A DNA stretch of 64,000 nt from an uncultured bacterium (GCA_964524145.1 CAZGCA010000005.1:31038-95037); one strand, 5' to 3'. Numbered from the stretch's first letter, positions 34,401 through 44,475 are shown. Notes: generated from the sequence alone by a model not told the origin. Translations and numbers: made by a program.

Positions 34401-35957
34401 TTACTCAGTCTCTGCGAGCCACGTCTTCAAAAGGTTGGCAACGGTCTCAGGTTGCTCTTGTGACAACTTGGCAACCTCTTCCTGCATACGTTCCTTTGCG
34501 AGCGCCTCGTCTGAAGGGCGAATCTCCTCCGCTTCCACGGCAACTCGTGCCGCGCGCTCCATCGGTTTGAGCCTGCGCAGCATCGTTATGAGCACCACCA
34601 GCGCCACGCCTACGACCACGGCGGGGACGAGCTGTCTGGCAGCTTCCATCATGGTTCTGCGCCGCATCTCTCGGGCAGCCTCACCCATTGCCGCCGCCGC
34701 GGCGGCTTCTGCGCTCGTGTCAAACTGAGCATCATAGACAACGACACTGTCGCCGCGGGTCAGATCTGCTCCGACCGCCGCAACGATAAGCCCCTCGATT
34801 TGCGACCGCTCATCATCGGTGAGGGCGACGTATTGGAGTTCGCCGTCTTCCGTTGTGGTGGTACGCCCTTCTATCATGGCGCTCACGCTCAGCCTCTTGA
34901 TCGTGCCCGGCGCCACCATAGTGCTGGTTTCCGTCTTCGAGAGTTCGAAGTTCGTTGTTGTTGTTTCGGTTAGCTCTTTCGTCATCGATTGGGCGGGAGC
35001 GCCCTCTTCCGTGAGCGGAACATTTGCGATCGTTCCGGCCGGCCCGACGGGCGGTGCCTCAGTGGTGGTGGACTCTTCGGTAGTGGTGTCCTCGCTGAGG
35101 ATGGCGCCTTCCGGATCGTACTTTGTCTCGGTCGTTGAAACCTGGTCGAAATCCATCACCAGAGAGACAGAGACAGCGTGGTTCGGATAGAGAGGTTCGA
35201 GCATGGCCACGATCTTCTGCTTGTACTGGGCCTCGCGCGCTGCGACGGCCGCCGTCTGTCTGTCCGCCAGTTCCGCCACGGTATCAATCTCTTCGCTGGG
35301 TTTGTGGAGCTCGTTGCGCTGCGTATCCATAACGGCAATCTTGCTGGGCGGTATGCCCGTGCTGGCAGAGACCAGATTCACTATGCCGCGCACCTCCCGT
35401 TTACCAAGAGCCCCCGGGGACGTCAGCGATAGCAGCACGCCAGCGCTGGGTTCGCGCTGTTCCGCTGCCAGGAGCCGTTCCGGCGGCACATTGATGTGGA
35501 CCCGGGCGCTGCTCACTGCGTCGTACCATCCTATCGTCCGGCTCAACTCGCCCTCGATCGCTCGTTGCTTCTGGATGTTCTGCACAAAGTCAGTTACTCC
35601 CAGTCGTGTCTGGTCGAACAGCTCATACCCCACCACACCGCCTTGGATGGCGCCTTCACCGGAAAGCTGGTTGCGCAACTGATACACCTGGTTGCTCGGC
35701 ACCAGCACGGTGGCCCCACCGTCGGCTGTCTGGTACGGAACGCCGCGCGTTTCGAGCGCGGCGATCACCGAATCAGCGCTCTCGCGGGACAGGTTGCCGA
35801 ACAGTACGGCATACCTCGGTTGGCCGCCCCAGTACGTAAGGGCAACCACCACAATGAGTGCCCCGAGAAACGCGAGTCCAATATTGATGCGTGCGCTGAG
35901 GCTTAGCTTTCCCCACGCTTTTGCTATCCCATCAACGAGCTGCCTGAGGAAGTCCAT
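34401..35957 (-). CDS. fliF: Flagellar MS-ring protein FliF
   Basis: N-terminal TM, YscJ/FliF secretin-like ring domains (VPYQTADGGATVLVPSNQVYQLRNQLS) and a C-terminal TM. 518 aa. Confidence 0.9.
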   Translation of the reverse strand: MDFLRQLVDGIAKAWGKLSLSARINIGLAFLGALIVVVALTYWGGQPRYAVLFGNLSRESADSVIAALETRGVPYQTADGGATVLVPSNQVYQLRNQLSGEGAIQGGVVGYELFDQTRLGVTDFVQNIQKQRAIEGELSRTIGWYDAVSSARVHINVPPERLLAAEQREPSAGVLLSLTSPGALGKREVRGIVNLVSASTGIPPSKIAVMDTQRNELHKPSEEIDTVAELADRQTAAVAAREAQYKQKIVAMLEPLYPNHAVSVSLVMDFDQVSTTETKYDPEGAILSEDTTTEESTTTEAPPVGPAGTIANVPLTEEGAPAQSMTKELTETTTTNFELSKTETSTMVAPGTIKRLSVSAMIEGRTTTTEDGELQYVALTDDERSQIEGLIVAAVGADLTRGDSVVVYDAQFDTSAEAAAAAAMGEAAREMRRRTMMEAARQLVPAVVVGVALVVLITMLRRLKPMERAARVAVEAEEIRPSDEALAKERMQEEVAKLSQEQPETVANLLKTWLAETE

Positions 35958-36004
35958 ATCTACTATCCTCCCTTCCCATCACAGGGCGATAGCCCTCACA
36001 TACC

Positions 36005-36125
36005 ATGTGCAATGCAAAATGCCTATTGCAATCGAGTTTCTTCGCTTCGTTCAGAATGACACTGAACCACACGTCCTTCTGCCCAATTCATTCTGCATTG
36101 TCAGTTTTGGATTGTCCGTTCGTTC
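36005..36125. promoter_or_regulatory. Intergenic fliE-fliF region carrying a variant of the fliP 38-bp element in permuted order
   Basis: tgcaatgcaaaatgcc at 36009..36024 and gcattgtcagttttggattgtccgtt at 36091..36116 share the GCAATGCAAAAT, AACGGACAA and ACTGACAATG cores with the fliP copies. Confidence 0.5.
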
Positions 36126-36127
36126 TC

Positions 36128-36436
36128 CTAAACTTGCGTCCTCATTATCTCTTCATACACTTGGATCAACCTGTTTCGGAGCGTCAACATCGTCGTGAAC
36201 GCCAAGTCGGCCTTCTCGACGGCGATAAGCGCCTCGCTCACGTCCGTGATCTCGCCTGCCACCAGATCTTTTACTGTCTGGTCGGCTTGTGCCTGCAACC
36301 GTTGCACTTCGTCAATGGTCTCTGCCAGGATCTTCTTGAACGAAGCGCCCTGTTCAGTTGTCTCCGCCGGGCCGATCCTGGGCCGGGGCATGACGTCGCG
36401 CGGCCCAATAGGAGGGATCCTGAATTGGTCGGCCAT
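36128..36436 (-). CDS. fliE: Flagellar hook-basal body protein FliE
   Basis: C-terminal EALIAVEKADLAFTTMLTLRNRLIQVYEEIMRTQV is the FliE signature. Confidence 0.85.
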   Translation of the reverse strand: MADQFRIPPIGPRDVMPRPRIGPAETTEQGASFKKILAETIDEVQRLQAQADQTVKDLVAGEITDVSEALIAVEKADLAFTTMLTLRNRLIQVYEEIMRTQV

Positions 36437-36467
36437 AGTGCTTCACCTCCGGTTCACATCAGTCGCG

Positions 36468-36884
36468 TCAGTCGCGCAATATCTCCAGTGCAGTATTGGT
36501 CATCCGCTTCGTTGCGTTGACAGCCGCGACATTCGCCTCGTACCCGCGGCTGGCGCCGATCATATCGATCATCTCCATCGGGATCTCGACGTTCGGGTAC
36601 TCGACGTACCCCTGGCCGTCGGCGTCGGGATGTCCCGGGTTGAATACCGTCTTGAACGGCGACATGTCATGCACGATCTTGACGACATCCACGCCAAATC
36701 CTTTGCGATCTGCCTTCTCGGCTTCTTTGCCCATCAAGACGACCAGTTGACGCCTGAACGGGCCGCCGTCCGGCGTGCGCGTAGTGGTGGCGTTCGCAAT
36801 GTTGTTGGCGATTATATTCATTCTTATGCGCTGGGCGCGAAGGCCGGCGGCGCTGACGTCAAATGCCGAGAATATCTTTTCCAT
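36468..36884 (-). CDS. flgC: Flagellar basal-body rod protein FlgC
   Basis: SAAGLRAQRIRMNIIANNIANATTTRT rod N-terminal motif and a C-terminal GYVEYPNVEI...NATKRM motif. Confidence 0.9.
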   Translation of the reverse strand: MEKIFSAFDVSAAGLRAQRIRMNIIANNIANATTTRTPDGGPFRRQLVVLMGKEAEKADRKGFGVDVVKIVHDMSPFKTVFNPGHPDADGQGYVEYPNVEIPMEMIDMIGASRGYEANVAAVNATKRMTNTALEILRD

Positions 36885-36898
36885 AATCTGTTGACCTC

Positions 36899-37294
36899 TT
36901 ATCTTATGGTCCTGAGCAGGTACTTCATCGCGTCGTATCGCTTCGATAGCAGGCTGCCGTACACGGTATGGCGCCCCGTGTTCTTGGCTAGCTCGGCCAT
37001 CTCGAAGTCGATGTCCACCTCGTTGTAGTCGTTCTTCATATCCCTCGAACGCCGGTCCATGAACAACCGTTCTCTCTCGATGACAAAGTGGCGCCTGTGC
37101 GTTACGCGGCCGGTGAACGCGTCTTTTCCAGCAAGTGCCCGTTTGAGCGACTTTTGGAAATCGGTCCTTGCCGGTCGGAAGTTCGGCGTATCGACGTTGG
37201 CGATGTTGTTCGCTATGAGCCGGTGGTTGCGCTCCAAAATCGACAACGATCTGCGCAGAACATCCTCGACGCCAATCCCATTAAAAGCCGCCAC
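36899..37294 (-). CDS. flgB: Flagellar basal-body rod protein FlgB
   Basis: LERNHRLIANNIANVDTPNFR is the FlgB N-terminal motif. It is the first gene of the cluster. Confidence 0.85.
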   Translation of the reverse strand: MAAFNGIGVEDVLRRSLSILERNHRLIANNIANVDTPNFRPARTDFQKSLKRALAGKDAFTGRVTHRRHFVIERERLFMDRRSRDMKNDYNEVDIDFEMAELAKNTGRHTVYGSLLSKRYDAMKYLLRTIR

Positions 37295-37490
37295 CAGTCT
37301 GCCTCCTTCTTGGCCTCAGCTCACTCCTTATTGTCGAAAGTACAACACAAACCGCAACGAGTACGAGCAAACACCATGCCGAGCCTCCGTTTCTCGTAAT
37401 CGGTTGTGCTGCAATACCTTATGCCGGGACCCCGTTGTGTCGCATGGTCTCTTCAGATGCACAATAGTCCCCTCGGGCTGCAAATTCTGC

Positions 37491-38855
37491 CTACTTATCA
37501 GTCTGGGCGTACTCCTTCAACTTGTTGCGCAACGTGCGCACACTTATGCCGAGAACCTCAGCCGTGCGTGTGCGGTTCTGCCCACATTTGTCGAGCGTCG
37601 CTTCGATGAGCACTCTCTCCGTCTGCGCGACCGTCATGCCGGCGACCACGCCAAGCCCGTCACCAGACCGGGGGGCTGTGTCGCCCAATCCGAACGAGAA
37701 GTGCTTGGGCTGGAGCAGGTCATCGCAACTCAGCACCACAGCCCTCTCGATGTAGTTTTCGAGTTCCCTGATGTTGCCCGGCCATGAGTGGTTCATGAAC
37801 ATATCGAGCAACTCGTCGGAGATGCCGGTGACGTGCCGCCCGTTCTCGCCGTTGGATCTCGCGATGAAATGGTCAACCAAAGCGGGTATATCCTCTTTGC
37901 GCTCGCGCAGCGGAGGAAGATGTATCGGGATAACGTTAAGTCTGAAATACAGGTCTTCACGAAACCGCCCCTCCCTGACCTCACGCTGCAAATTGCGGTT
38001 CGTGGTGCTCAGTATTCGCGTGTCAACCGAGATGGGTTTCGTGCCGCCAACCCGCTCGAACTCCTTCTCCTGGAGAACGCGAAGCAGCTTGGCCTGTAGT
38101 GCGATACTTATCTCGCCCATCTCGTCGAGCAGCAGCGTGCCGCCGTCGGCAAGTTCAAACCGGCCGATGCGCCGCTGGTGGGCCCCGGTGAACGCGCCTT
38201 TCTCGTGTCCGAACAGCTCGCTTTCGAGCAACCCGCTGGCCAGCGCAGCGCAGTTCAGTTTTATGAACGGCTTGTCTCTACGGCCGCCGCTGTAATGTAT
38301 TGCACGGGCGACAAGTTCTTTGCCTGTTCCGCTTTCCCCCTCGATGAGCACCGATGCCCTGCTGTCGGCGACCTTTCTTATGGTCTCGTAGACTTCCTGA
38401 ATCTGAGGGCTGGTACCGACCATGTGCTCGAAATCGTAGATCTCGGTCAGTTCCCGGCGCAGGTACTGGTTCTCGTCCTCGAGCCGCCGACGTGCAATGG
38501 CCCTGTCAACGATAAGCTCCAACTCGTCCGGCGCAAACGGTTTCATAATGTAATCCGCAGCGCCGGCCTTCATCGCAGCGACAGCCGTCTCGACAGTCCC
38601 GTACGCGGTCATCATGACAATCTCGGTCGATGGGCTGTCCTGCTTGACCCGCTCGAGCACCTGCATTCCGTCCATCCCGCCCATCTTCAGGTCGGTCACC
38701 ACCACGTGGTAGGCATTCTTGGAGAACTCCGCCAGCCCCGACGTTCCGTCTTCCGCTACCGACACACCGTAGCCGGCGCGCTCGAGCGTTTCCCGCACAA
38801 ACTCCCGCATAAGCGGTTCATCGTCAATAACGAGCACGGTTTTTTTCGCTGTCAT
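37491..38855 (-). CDS. Sigma-54-dependent response regulator (NtrC/FlrC/FleR-like: REC + AAA+ + Fis HTH)
   Basis: REC domain (VLVIDDEPLMREF...VVTDLKMGGMDG). AAA+ domain with the GAFTGA motif (GHEKGAFTGA). C-terminal HTH_8. ATG 38855 overlaps the kinase stop (ATGA). The ORF-track N-terminal extension is rejected. Confidence 0.9.
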   Translation of the reverse strand: MTAKKTVLVIDDEPLMREFVRETLERAGYGVSVAEDGTSGLAEFSKNAYHVVVTDLKMGGMDGMQVLERVKQDSPSTEIVMMTAYGTVETAVAAMKAGAADYIMKPFAPDELELIVDRAIARRRLEDENQYLRRELTEIYDFEHMVGTSPQIQEVYETIRKVADSRASVLIEGESGTGKELVARAIHYSGGRRDKPFIKLNCAALASGLLESELFGHEKGAFTGAHQRRIGRFELADGGTLLLDEMGEISIALQAKLLRVLQEKEFERVGGTKPISVDTRILSTTNRNLQREVREGRFREDLYFRLNVIPIHLPPLRERKEDIPALVDHFIARSNGENGRHVTGISDELLDMFMNHSWPGNIRELENYIERAVVLSCDDLLQPKHFSFGLGDTAPRSGDGLGVVAGMTVAQTERVLIEATLDKCGQNRTRTAEVLGISVRTLRNKLKEYAQTDK

Positions 38856-40078
38856 TGTTCCTCTCGTATAGGCAGGAGAATATCGAGGGTCGAACCTGCG
38901 TTTAGTTCGCTTTGCACCTCGATGCGGCCGTGATGCCCTTCGGTTATCTTTGCTGCTATTGCAAGTCCCAGCCCCGTGCCGCGGTCTTTGGTCGTGAAGA
39001 ACGGGTTGAAGATCTTCTCTCGGTCGTCGGGATCTATACCGCACCCGCTGTCGACGACCCTGATACGCCCGGCTTTGCCCACCAGAGGAGTTTTCTCGTC
39101 CGGAGGGAGGTCAACCCGGGACGTCTCTACGGTCAGCGCGCCGCCGTCGGCCATGCTCTGCACGGCGTTCAGCAGTATGTTGAGCAACACCTGCCTCATC
39201 TTCTCGCGGTCCGCGGTGATTATCAGGTTGCCATTGTCGTAACGTTTCTCGACAGAGATTCCCCTCGATTGGATCTCCCCGTCAAGCAGGAGAAGCACGT
39301 CATCGATCAGCCCTGGACACTCTATCTGGTCGAACTTGAACTCGAGCGGCCGGGTGAACGCCAGCAGGTCGGATACCACTTGGTTCAGGCTCTTGGTGCC
39401 TTCCAGTATCCTCTCGATAAGCTTTTTCTGTGGCGCGCTGTCCCGGAAATCGCGCGCCAAAAGCAGCGCGAACCCCTCGATTCCTCCGAGCGGGTTGCGT
39501 ATTTCGTGCGCAACGGTTGCAGCCATCTCGCCCAACGCCGCCAACCGGTCCTTGCGCCGAATCTCTTGCCTTAATTGCGTGATCTCGCGCAGATCCTGAA
39601 ACACCTTGACCGTTCCTACCGTCAAGCCGACGCTGTCGGTCACACGTGAAACCCTCTCGCTTATCGGTATCGGTTTCCCCTGTTTGCCGACGATCTCCGT
39701 TACCTGATGGTCAACAATGGACGAAGCCGACCGATGGTCAAACCTCTGGCCAAACACTGACGCATACTCTTCCGACAGCACGTCGTCCGCATCGAGGCCC
39801 GTTATCTTCCCGGCCGCACGGTTAAATGTGGTGATCCTGCCTTCGAGGTCAACAGCCACCACTCCGTCGCTCATGCCGTTGAGTATGCTGTCCAGATAGT
39901 CTTTCATCCGGTTGATTTCTTCTACTTTGCGTGCCAGCTCGCGGTTTTTGCGTTCGAGTTCCTGGTCGAGCGCTTGGATGCGCTGGGTAAGCTTCTCGTG
40001 TGCCTCCTCGAGGTGGCGTGTGGTTTCCGTGAACGCCCGGAAGCTGGCTTCCAACTGCTTCATCTGGTTGATGCTCAT
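38852..40078 (-). CDS. Cytoplasmic sensor histidine kinase (coiled coil + PAS + HisKA + HATPase_c)
   Basis: PAS domain (ILNGMSDGVVAVDLEGRITTFNRAAGKITG). H-box HEIRNPLGGIEG. N/G boxes (LLNILLNAVQ...DSGCGI...GTGLGL). No TM segment. Its start overlaps the upstream stop (ATGA). Confidence 0.85.
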   Translation of the reverse strand: MSINQMKQLEASFRAFTETTRHLEEAHEKLTQRIQALDQELERKNRELARKVEEINRMKDYLDSILNGMSDGVVAVDLEGRITTFNRAAGKITGLDADDVLSEEYASVFGQRFDHRSASSIVDHQVTEIVGKQGKPIPISERVSRVTDSVGLTVGTVKVFQDLREITQLRQEIRRKDRLAALGEMAATVAHEIRNPLGGIEGFALLLARDFRDSAPQKKLIERILEGTKSLNQVVSDLLAFTRPLEFKFDQIECPGLIDDVLLLLDGEIQSRGISVEKRYDNGNLIITADREKMRQVLLNILLNAVQSMADGGALTVETSRVDLPPDEKTPLVGKAGRIRVVDSGCGIDPDDREKIFNPFFTTKDRGTGLGLAIAAKITEGHHGRIEVQSELNAGSTLDILLPIREEQ

Positions 40079-40551
40079 GCTTTCTGATCGAGAAACTTCG
40101 CGGCTACACCTGGCCGTTGCCGGTACGCGTGAAGCGTTCTCCTCCCTTCTTTCAACTGCTCAAGTTCGTCAGATACTCCCGCTATCTTCCCGCGAACCAC
40201 CCGCTCACCGGCGGTTTCTGCGTCAATGGCGCGCTCGAGAACGCTGAGGCTGGCTTGATATGCCGTCTCAACGTCGGTTCTCATTTCCTCGGACGCCTCA
40301 TCTCGGGCAGCCAGCCAGCATTTGACAGCGGTTGCCGTACGCTCGCATGCCTGTTTAAGCAACGACAAAACCTCTTGGCGGCGCGAGCCGATCTCCTCCG
40401 CCAGAGGCTCGGAGTGATCGTCACGACTTTTTCTGAACAGCTCGCCTATCTGCACCAGCTCCTTGCAGAGCGTATCCTGTCGCACGAGGCAATCAACCAG
40501 AGTCTTGCCGCACTCGTCGGCTTCAACAGTCTGCGCACCACGTCCTGTCAT
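40075..40551 (-). CDS. Small helical hypothetical protein, translationally coupled between the TPR protein and the histidine kinase
   Basis: About 158 aa from ATG 40551, with ATGA overlaps at both ends (40548-40551 and 40075-40078). No recognisable domain. Confidence 0.4.
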   Translation of the reverse strand: MTGRGAQTVEADECGKTLVDCLVRQDTLCKELVQIGELFRKSRDDHSEPLAEEIGSRRQEVLSLLKQACERTATAVKCWLAARDEASEEMRTDVETAYQASLSVLERAIDAETAGERVVRGKIAGVSDELEQLKEGRRTLHAYRQRPGVAAKFLDQKA

Positions 40552-43547
40552 GAGCCGCCCCGAAGGTTGAGCTCGACCGCGGCGAACTCCTGTTTCGCTT
40601 TGGCTAGGTCTTTCCAGTGGGATTTGGGGAACAACGTCAGGAAATCGGCATAGTGTTTTTCGGACGCGGTATAATCCTGCTGTTGGAGACAGCAGTTCCC
40701 CTGCTGTAGTGACGCCCACTCGACGGCACCATCCGTCAGGTCGCCGAGCGACGCTATCTCGCCGTAGATGTTGCCGGCAGCCTTATAGTCGCCGATCTTA
40801 AAGAGTCGGTCGCCCCACTCAACGCAATGGGTCCGCAGGAAATCCGACGTCTTGTCTTGCCGTTGAGCCAGCGATTTCATCTCGTTCACCAACCGTGCCG
40901 CATCGGTATCGCGCTCGAGGGCTACGTACGTGCGTAACAGCACCCCATCGCCTTCGAGGGTTCTCTGGCTCGGATACATCTCGTGCGCTCTGGCGAGCTC
41001 TTTCAACGCACCGTGCAGGTTGCCGACGCCGCGCTTCGTCGTTCCAAGTTCGACCAGCGTGTTGTAGGCCACGGAATCAGGCACCCGTTTCAGGTCGACT
41101 CGTGCCAGATACTGCAGCCCCTTCTCCCACTCGCCGCACTTGAGGAACAGCGCTCCCGCCATGTACAACGCCTCGTGGTTTTTGTCTCCGCTCGCCATCG
41201 TGACGTACGTTTCCGCTGCGTCTTCATACAAACCGAGGTGCTCGTACACCTCCCCCATCTTGCGCAGAATGAGATCGCGGCGAGGCCCGGTCACGGTGTC
41301 GGCGAGTTTCGATTCCAGCACGTTTAGTGCCACCTGAGGTTGGCCTGATAGATAGTACACCTCCGCCAACTTCATGCTCGCATTGAATACGATCCCTTCC
41401 GAAGGATCCCCCGTCGCGACCTTCCGCAAGGCGACTTCGCTCTGTTCAAGGTTGCCGCTTGCAAGCGTGCTCAGACCTAGTCCGTACCACGCGTTTGTCT
41501 GGTCTTTATCCTTCCTCAACGCTTCCTTATACAGCCTGGTCGATTCGCCCCAGTTGCCGTCCTCATACTCGAGTTCGGCCAGTTCAATCATAAGAGGAAC
41601 GTTGTCCGGCCAGCGGTAGTTGCTGCTTCGGGCCGTTCGGAGTGCTTCCGGCTGCCTGTCTTGCTCGCAGAGTATCTTACACAGCAGCAGCGCCGCCGCC
41701 GTGGCGTGCTCGCTGTCGGGAAACACGTCCATCACGTTCAGACACGTCCGTTCGGCCTTCCCATAGTCTTTCTTGCCCGCAAACACCTCGGCAAGGTGCA
41801 GCAACACCTTGTCGTTACCCTCGACGGATGTCGAAACCTGAAGCCTCTTCTCAAGCTCGTCGGCGGCAGTGTCGAAGTCGCCGTTCTCAGCAGCTATTAC
41901 GCTGAGCTGTTCGTATGCCGGCGCAAGCACGTCGTCGTCGCGGGTCTCCTGCACGAGTTTCTTGAATATCTTCTCGGCGGCACTGGTTCTGCCTTGTCCC
42001 GCAAGCGACCGCGCCAGCAGGAAGTTGGCCTTATCGAGTATCGGCTCACTCTGATAATCCCACATAATCTGTCGCAACTTCTTTTCAGCGGCAACGTGAT
42101 CCCCTTCAAGGAGAAACATACGCCCGACGGCAAGTTGTACCTCGGCGATATCCGGATAATCGGGGAACTTCTGCGCAGTCTCTTCATACGTCTCGCGGGC
42201 TACCGCGTAGCTTCCGGCCCGTTCATAGAGCCCGCCCACCCGTGCCATGGCCAGCGGAACGCTGGGACTCTCCGGGTCGTGCTCGACGGCTTTCTGATAG
42301 AGCTCGCGGACGTGTCTTATTTCCGCCGGATTGGATGCTTCGTGGAGCAAGGCTTCCGACGTTTCGGCCAGCAAGAACATCATTGGCGAACGGGGGGCAG
42401 CCGGGTCTGCTTTCGCCAGCTCTTCCAGCAAGAGCTCTCTGGCTTCGACATATTCGCCGTCATCGAACAGAGATTTGGCTCGATCCAACGCCGTGATGAT
42501 AGGCGCCGGTTCCCCAGAGACCGGCTTGGAGACGTCGGGCGCCCTGTATTGAGAGCGGGAGCCCATCCACGAGTAAGCCGCCATCCAGGTAAGAATTCCA
42601 ATAAAGACGGAACATGCCACCGGCAAGATGGACCGGACACTTGCCGGAAACCTCACGACTATCCGTTTCCCCTCTGGGGGTTCTCCAGTCTCGGGTTCCT
42701 CGGCTTCCGGTTTTGCCGCTTCCTCCACCTGCGCGGCTTCTTCCAACTCGGCCGCTTCTTCCACCTCAACTTCGGCGACAAGGTCGGCGAGATCGGTTGT
42801 CGGACGCTCAGCGACCTCAGCTTCAAGTTCTTCGGTGGGAACGTGTGCCGCCGCCTCGAGCGCAGACAGAACGGCATCTTCATCTATGGCCGATTCTGCC
42901 TCGGCAGTTTCGATAGACTCCTCCGTCGTAACGGGTTCAGCTGGCTCAGTGCCTGCCACTGCCGACACCGTTTCTTCCTGATAGAGGTCGGCCTCCGCGG
43001 GTTCCGCTGCCGCAGCAACCTCCGGCTCGACTTCCGGCTGGCTCACTTCTGCCTCAGCCACCGGCTCCTCCGGCGGCACACTCAGCGCTTCCATCGCTGC
43101 AACCAGTTTGCCTTTCTCCACCCCCTCCGCCGGAGTCTCGGCTTCCTCCTCCGTTGTTTCCTCCTCCGGAGCGGGTTCCTCCTCCGGAGTGGGTTCCTCA
43201 GGCAACTCGGCAGTTTCAGGACTCTCGTCGGCCTTGGCTTCTACTCGAAGCGCCTCCTCGAACATCCTGTCGAGTTCCGTCTCGCTGATGCTTTCTGCCG
43301 TCGTGGTGCTTTCCTCGTCCGGACTAACACCCAGCTCGGCGAAAAGTCTGTCGACTTCCGTTGTTGAAAGCTCGGCCGGCATAGCGGCGTCGAGATCGTC
43401 CAGATCCTCATCTGCCGCGCCGCCGCCGCTTAAGATCGACTCGAGATCGTCCAGCGATGGCGCTTCTTCGGCCGAGTCCTCGGTAGGTTCCGCCTGTTCA
43501 GGCGCGTCTGCATCAGGGGGTGGTACCACGGGTCCGCCTCCGCGCAT
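40548..43547 (-). CDS. Large TPR-repeat protein (about 1000 aa) with an acidic low-complexity N-terminus and one TM
   Basis: Glu/Ala/Pro-rich N-terminus (EEPAPEEETTEEEAETPAEG...). TM segment ILPVACSVFIGILTWMAAYSWM. At least 12 TPR-like repeats follow. Start taken at MRGGGP (43547). Confidence 0.6.
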   Translation of the reverse strand: MRGGGPVVPPPDADAPEQAEPTEDSAEEAPSLDDLESILSGGGAADEDLDDLDAAMPAELSTTEVDRLFAELGVSPDEESTTTAESISETELDRMFEEALRVEAKADESPETAELPEEPTPEEEPAPEEETTEEEAETPAEGVEKGKLVAAMEALSVPPEEPVAEAEVSQPEVEPEVAAAAEPAEADLYQEETVSAVAGTEPAEPVTTEESIETAEAESAIDEDAVLSALEAAAHVPTEELEAEVAERPTTDLADLVAEVEVEEAAELEEAAQVEEAAKPEAEEPETGEPPEGKRIVVRFPASVRSILPVACSVFIGILTWMAAYSWMGSRSQYRAPDVSKPVSGEPAPIITALDRAKSLFDDGEYVEARELLLEELAKADPAAPRSPMMFLLAETSEALLHEASNPAEIRHVRELYQKAVEHDPESPSVPLAMARVGGLYERAGSYAVARETYEETAQKFPDYPDIAEVQLAVGRMFLLEGDHVAAEKKLRQIMWDYQSEPILDKANFLLARSLAGQGRTSAAEKIFKKLVQETRDDDVLAPAYEQLSVIAAENGDFDTAADELEKRLQVSTSVEGNDKVLLHLAEVFAGKKDYGKAERTCLNVMDVFPDSEHATAAALLLCKILCEQDRQPEALRTARSSNYRWPDNVPLMIELAELEYEDGNWGESTRLYKEALRKDKDQTNAWYGLGLSTLASGNLEQSEVALRKVATGDPSEGIVFNASMKLAEVYYLSGQPQVALNVLESKLADTVTGPRRDLILRKMGEVYEHLGLYEDAAETYVTMASGDKNHEALYMAGALFLKCGEWEKGLQYLARVDLKRVPDSVAYNTLVELGTTKRGVGNLHGALKELARAHEMYPSQRTLEGDGVLLRTYVALERDTDAARLVNEMKSLAQRQDKTSDFLRTHCVEWGDRLFKIGDYKAAGNIYGEIASLGDLTDGAVEWASLQQGNCCLQQQDYTASEKHYADFLTLFPKSHWKDLAKAKQEFAAVELNLRGGS

Positions 43548-43964
43548 TCTCCCAAAGCCGCAAGGGTAGAGTTGTCTCCCTCGACAAAAATATGTGCTGT
43601 CAAGTGCGTAACAGCACGTTAAAACACTGTACCGACGTCGTCCGTGATGTTCAGCTATATCATAGCACATTTTCGCGGTATTGTCAAGTCAATACTATCC
43701 CACAACATCTTGCGGCATGGGAACTTAACGGGATTTAACCCCATGTGCTGGGCTTACAAGCCCGGCAGAATATTCCTAGCGCGGCGGGATACTCTGAAAC
43801 AGGTGAATATGTGCAGCCGATGTATCGAGGAGCGGATCGAGGTTTTACGGTTCAAACCAAGGCCGCATATCTCGCTGGAGCCCTGGGGTGTGGGTATTGG
43901 GAAGTCTTGTATGGATTCACATTCGGGGGTGGATTGTACTACAATCAGAGAGTGAAAGGAGGGC

Positions 43965-44447
43965 ATGCAGATGAAGGTTTATCTGGTACAGCACGGTGAA
44001 CCTGTTCCGAAGGAGACGGATCCTGAACGTCCATTAACGGAGAAAGGCCGTGCGGATGCTCGGAAGGTTGCGAGGTTGCTGGGGATGTCGCAGGTCAAGG
44101 TTCCGGAAGCGTGGCACAGCGGCAAGACGCGGGCAAGGGAAACTGCGGAGATCCTTGCTGCTGCAATCGAGGCCGAAGTCTCGAAAGCTGAAGGTCTCGC
44201 TCCGCTCGATCCGGTATCCCCGGTTCGCGACAAGATAGAGGGGCGCGCGGAGGATTTGATGCTGGTGGGTCACCTGCCGTTCATGGCGCGGTTGGCCTCG
44301 CTGCTCGTGCTGGACAATGAGTTGCCGGAGATAGTAGCATTCCGCCAGGGCGGCATCGTATGCATCGAGGGCCGGGAGGACGGTGGGTGGCGGGTGGCGT
44401 GGATGGTCGTCCCGGACCTGCTTTGCGGTGATACTGGAGACGCGTGA
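43965..44447 (+). CDS. sixA: Phosphohistidine phosphatase SixA-like (histidine phosphatase superfamily)
   Basis: MKVYLVQHGEPVPKETDPERPLTEKGRADARKVA carries the RHG-type catalytic motif region of SixA. 160 aa. Confidence 0.6.
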   Translation: MQMKVYLVQHGEPVPKETDPERPLTEKGRADARKVARLLGMSQVKVPEAWHSGKTRARETAEILAAAIEAEVSKAEGLAPLDPVSPVRDKIEGRAEDLMLVGHLPFMARLASLLVLDNELPEIVAFRQGGIVCIEGREDGGWRVAWMVVPDLLCGDTGDA

Positions 44448-44475
44448 GCAACCGGGAAACGGAAGGAAGGACTGC

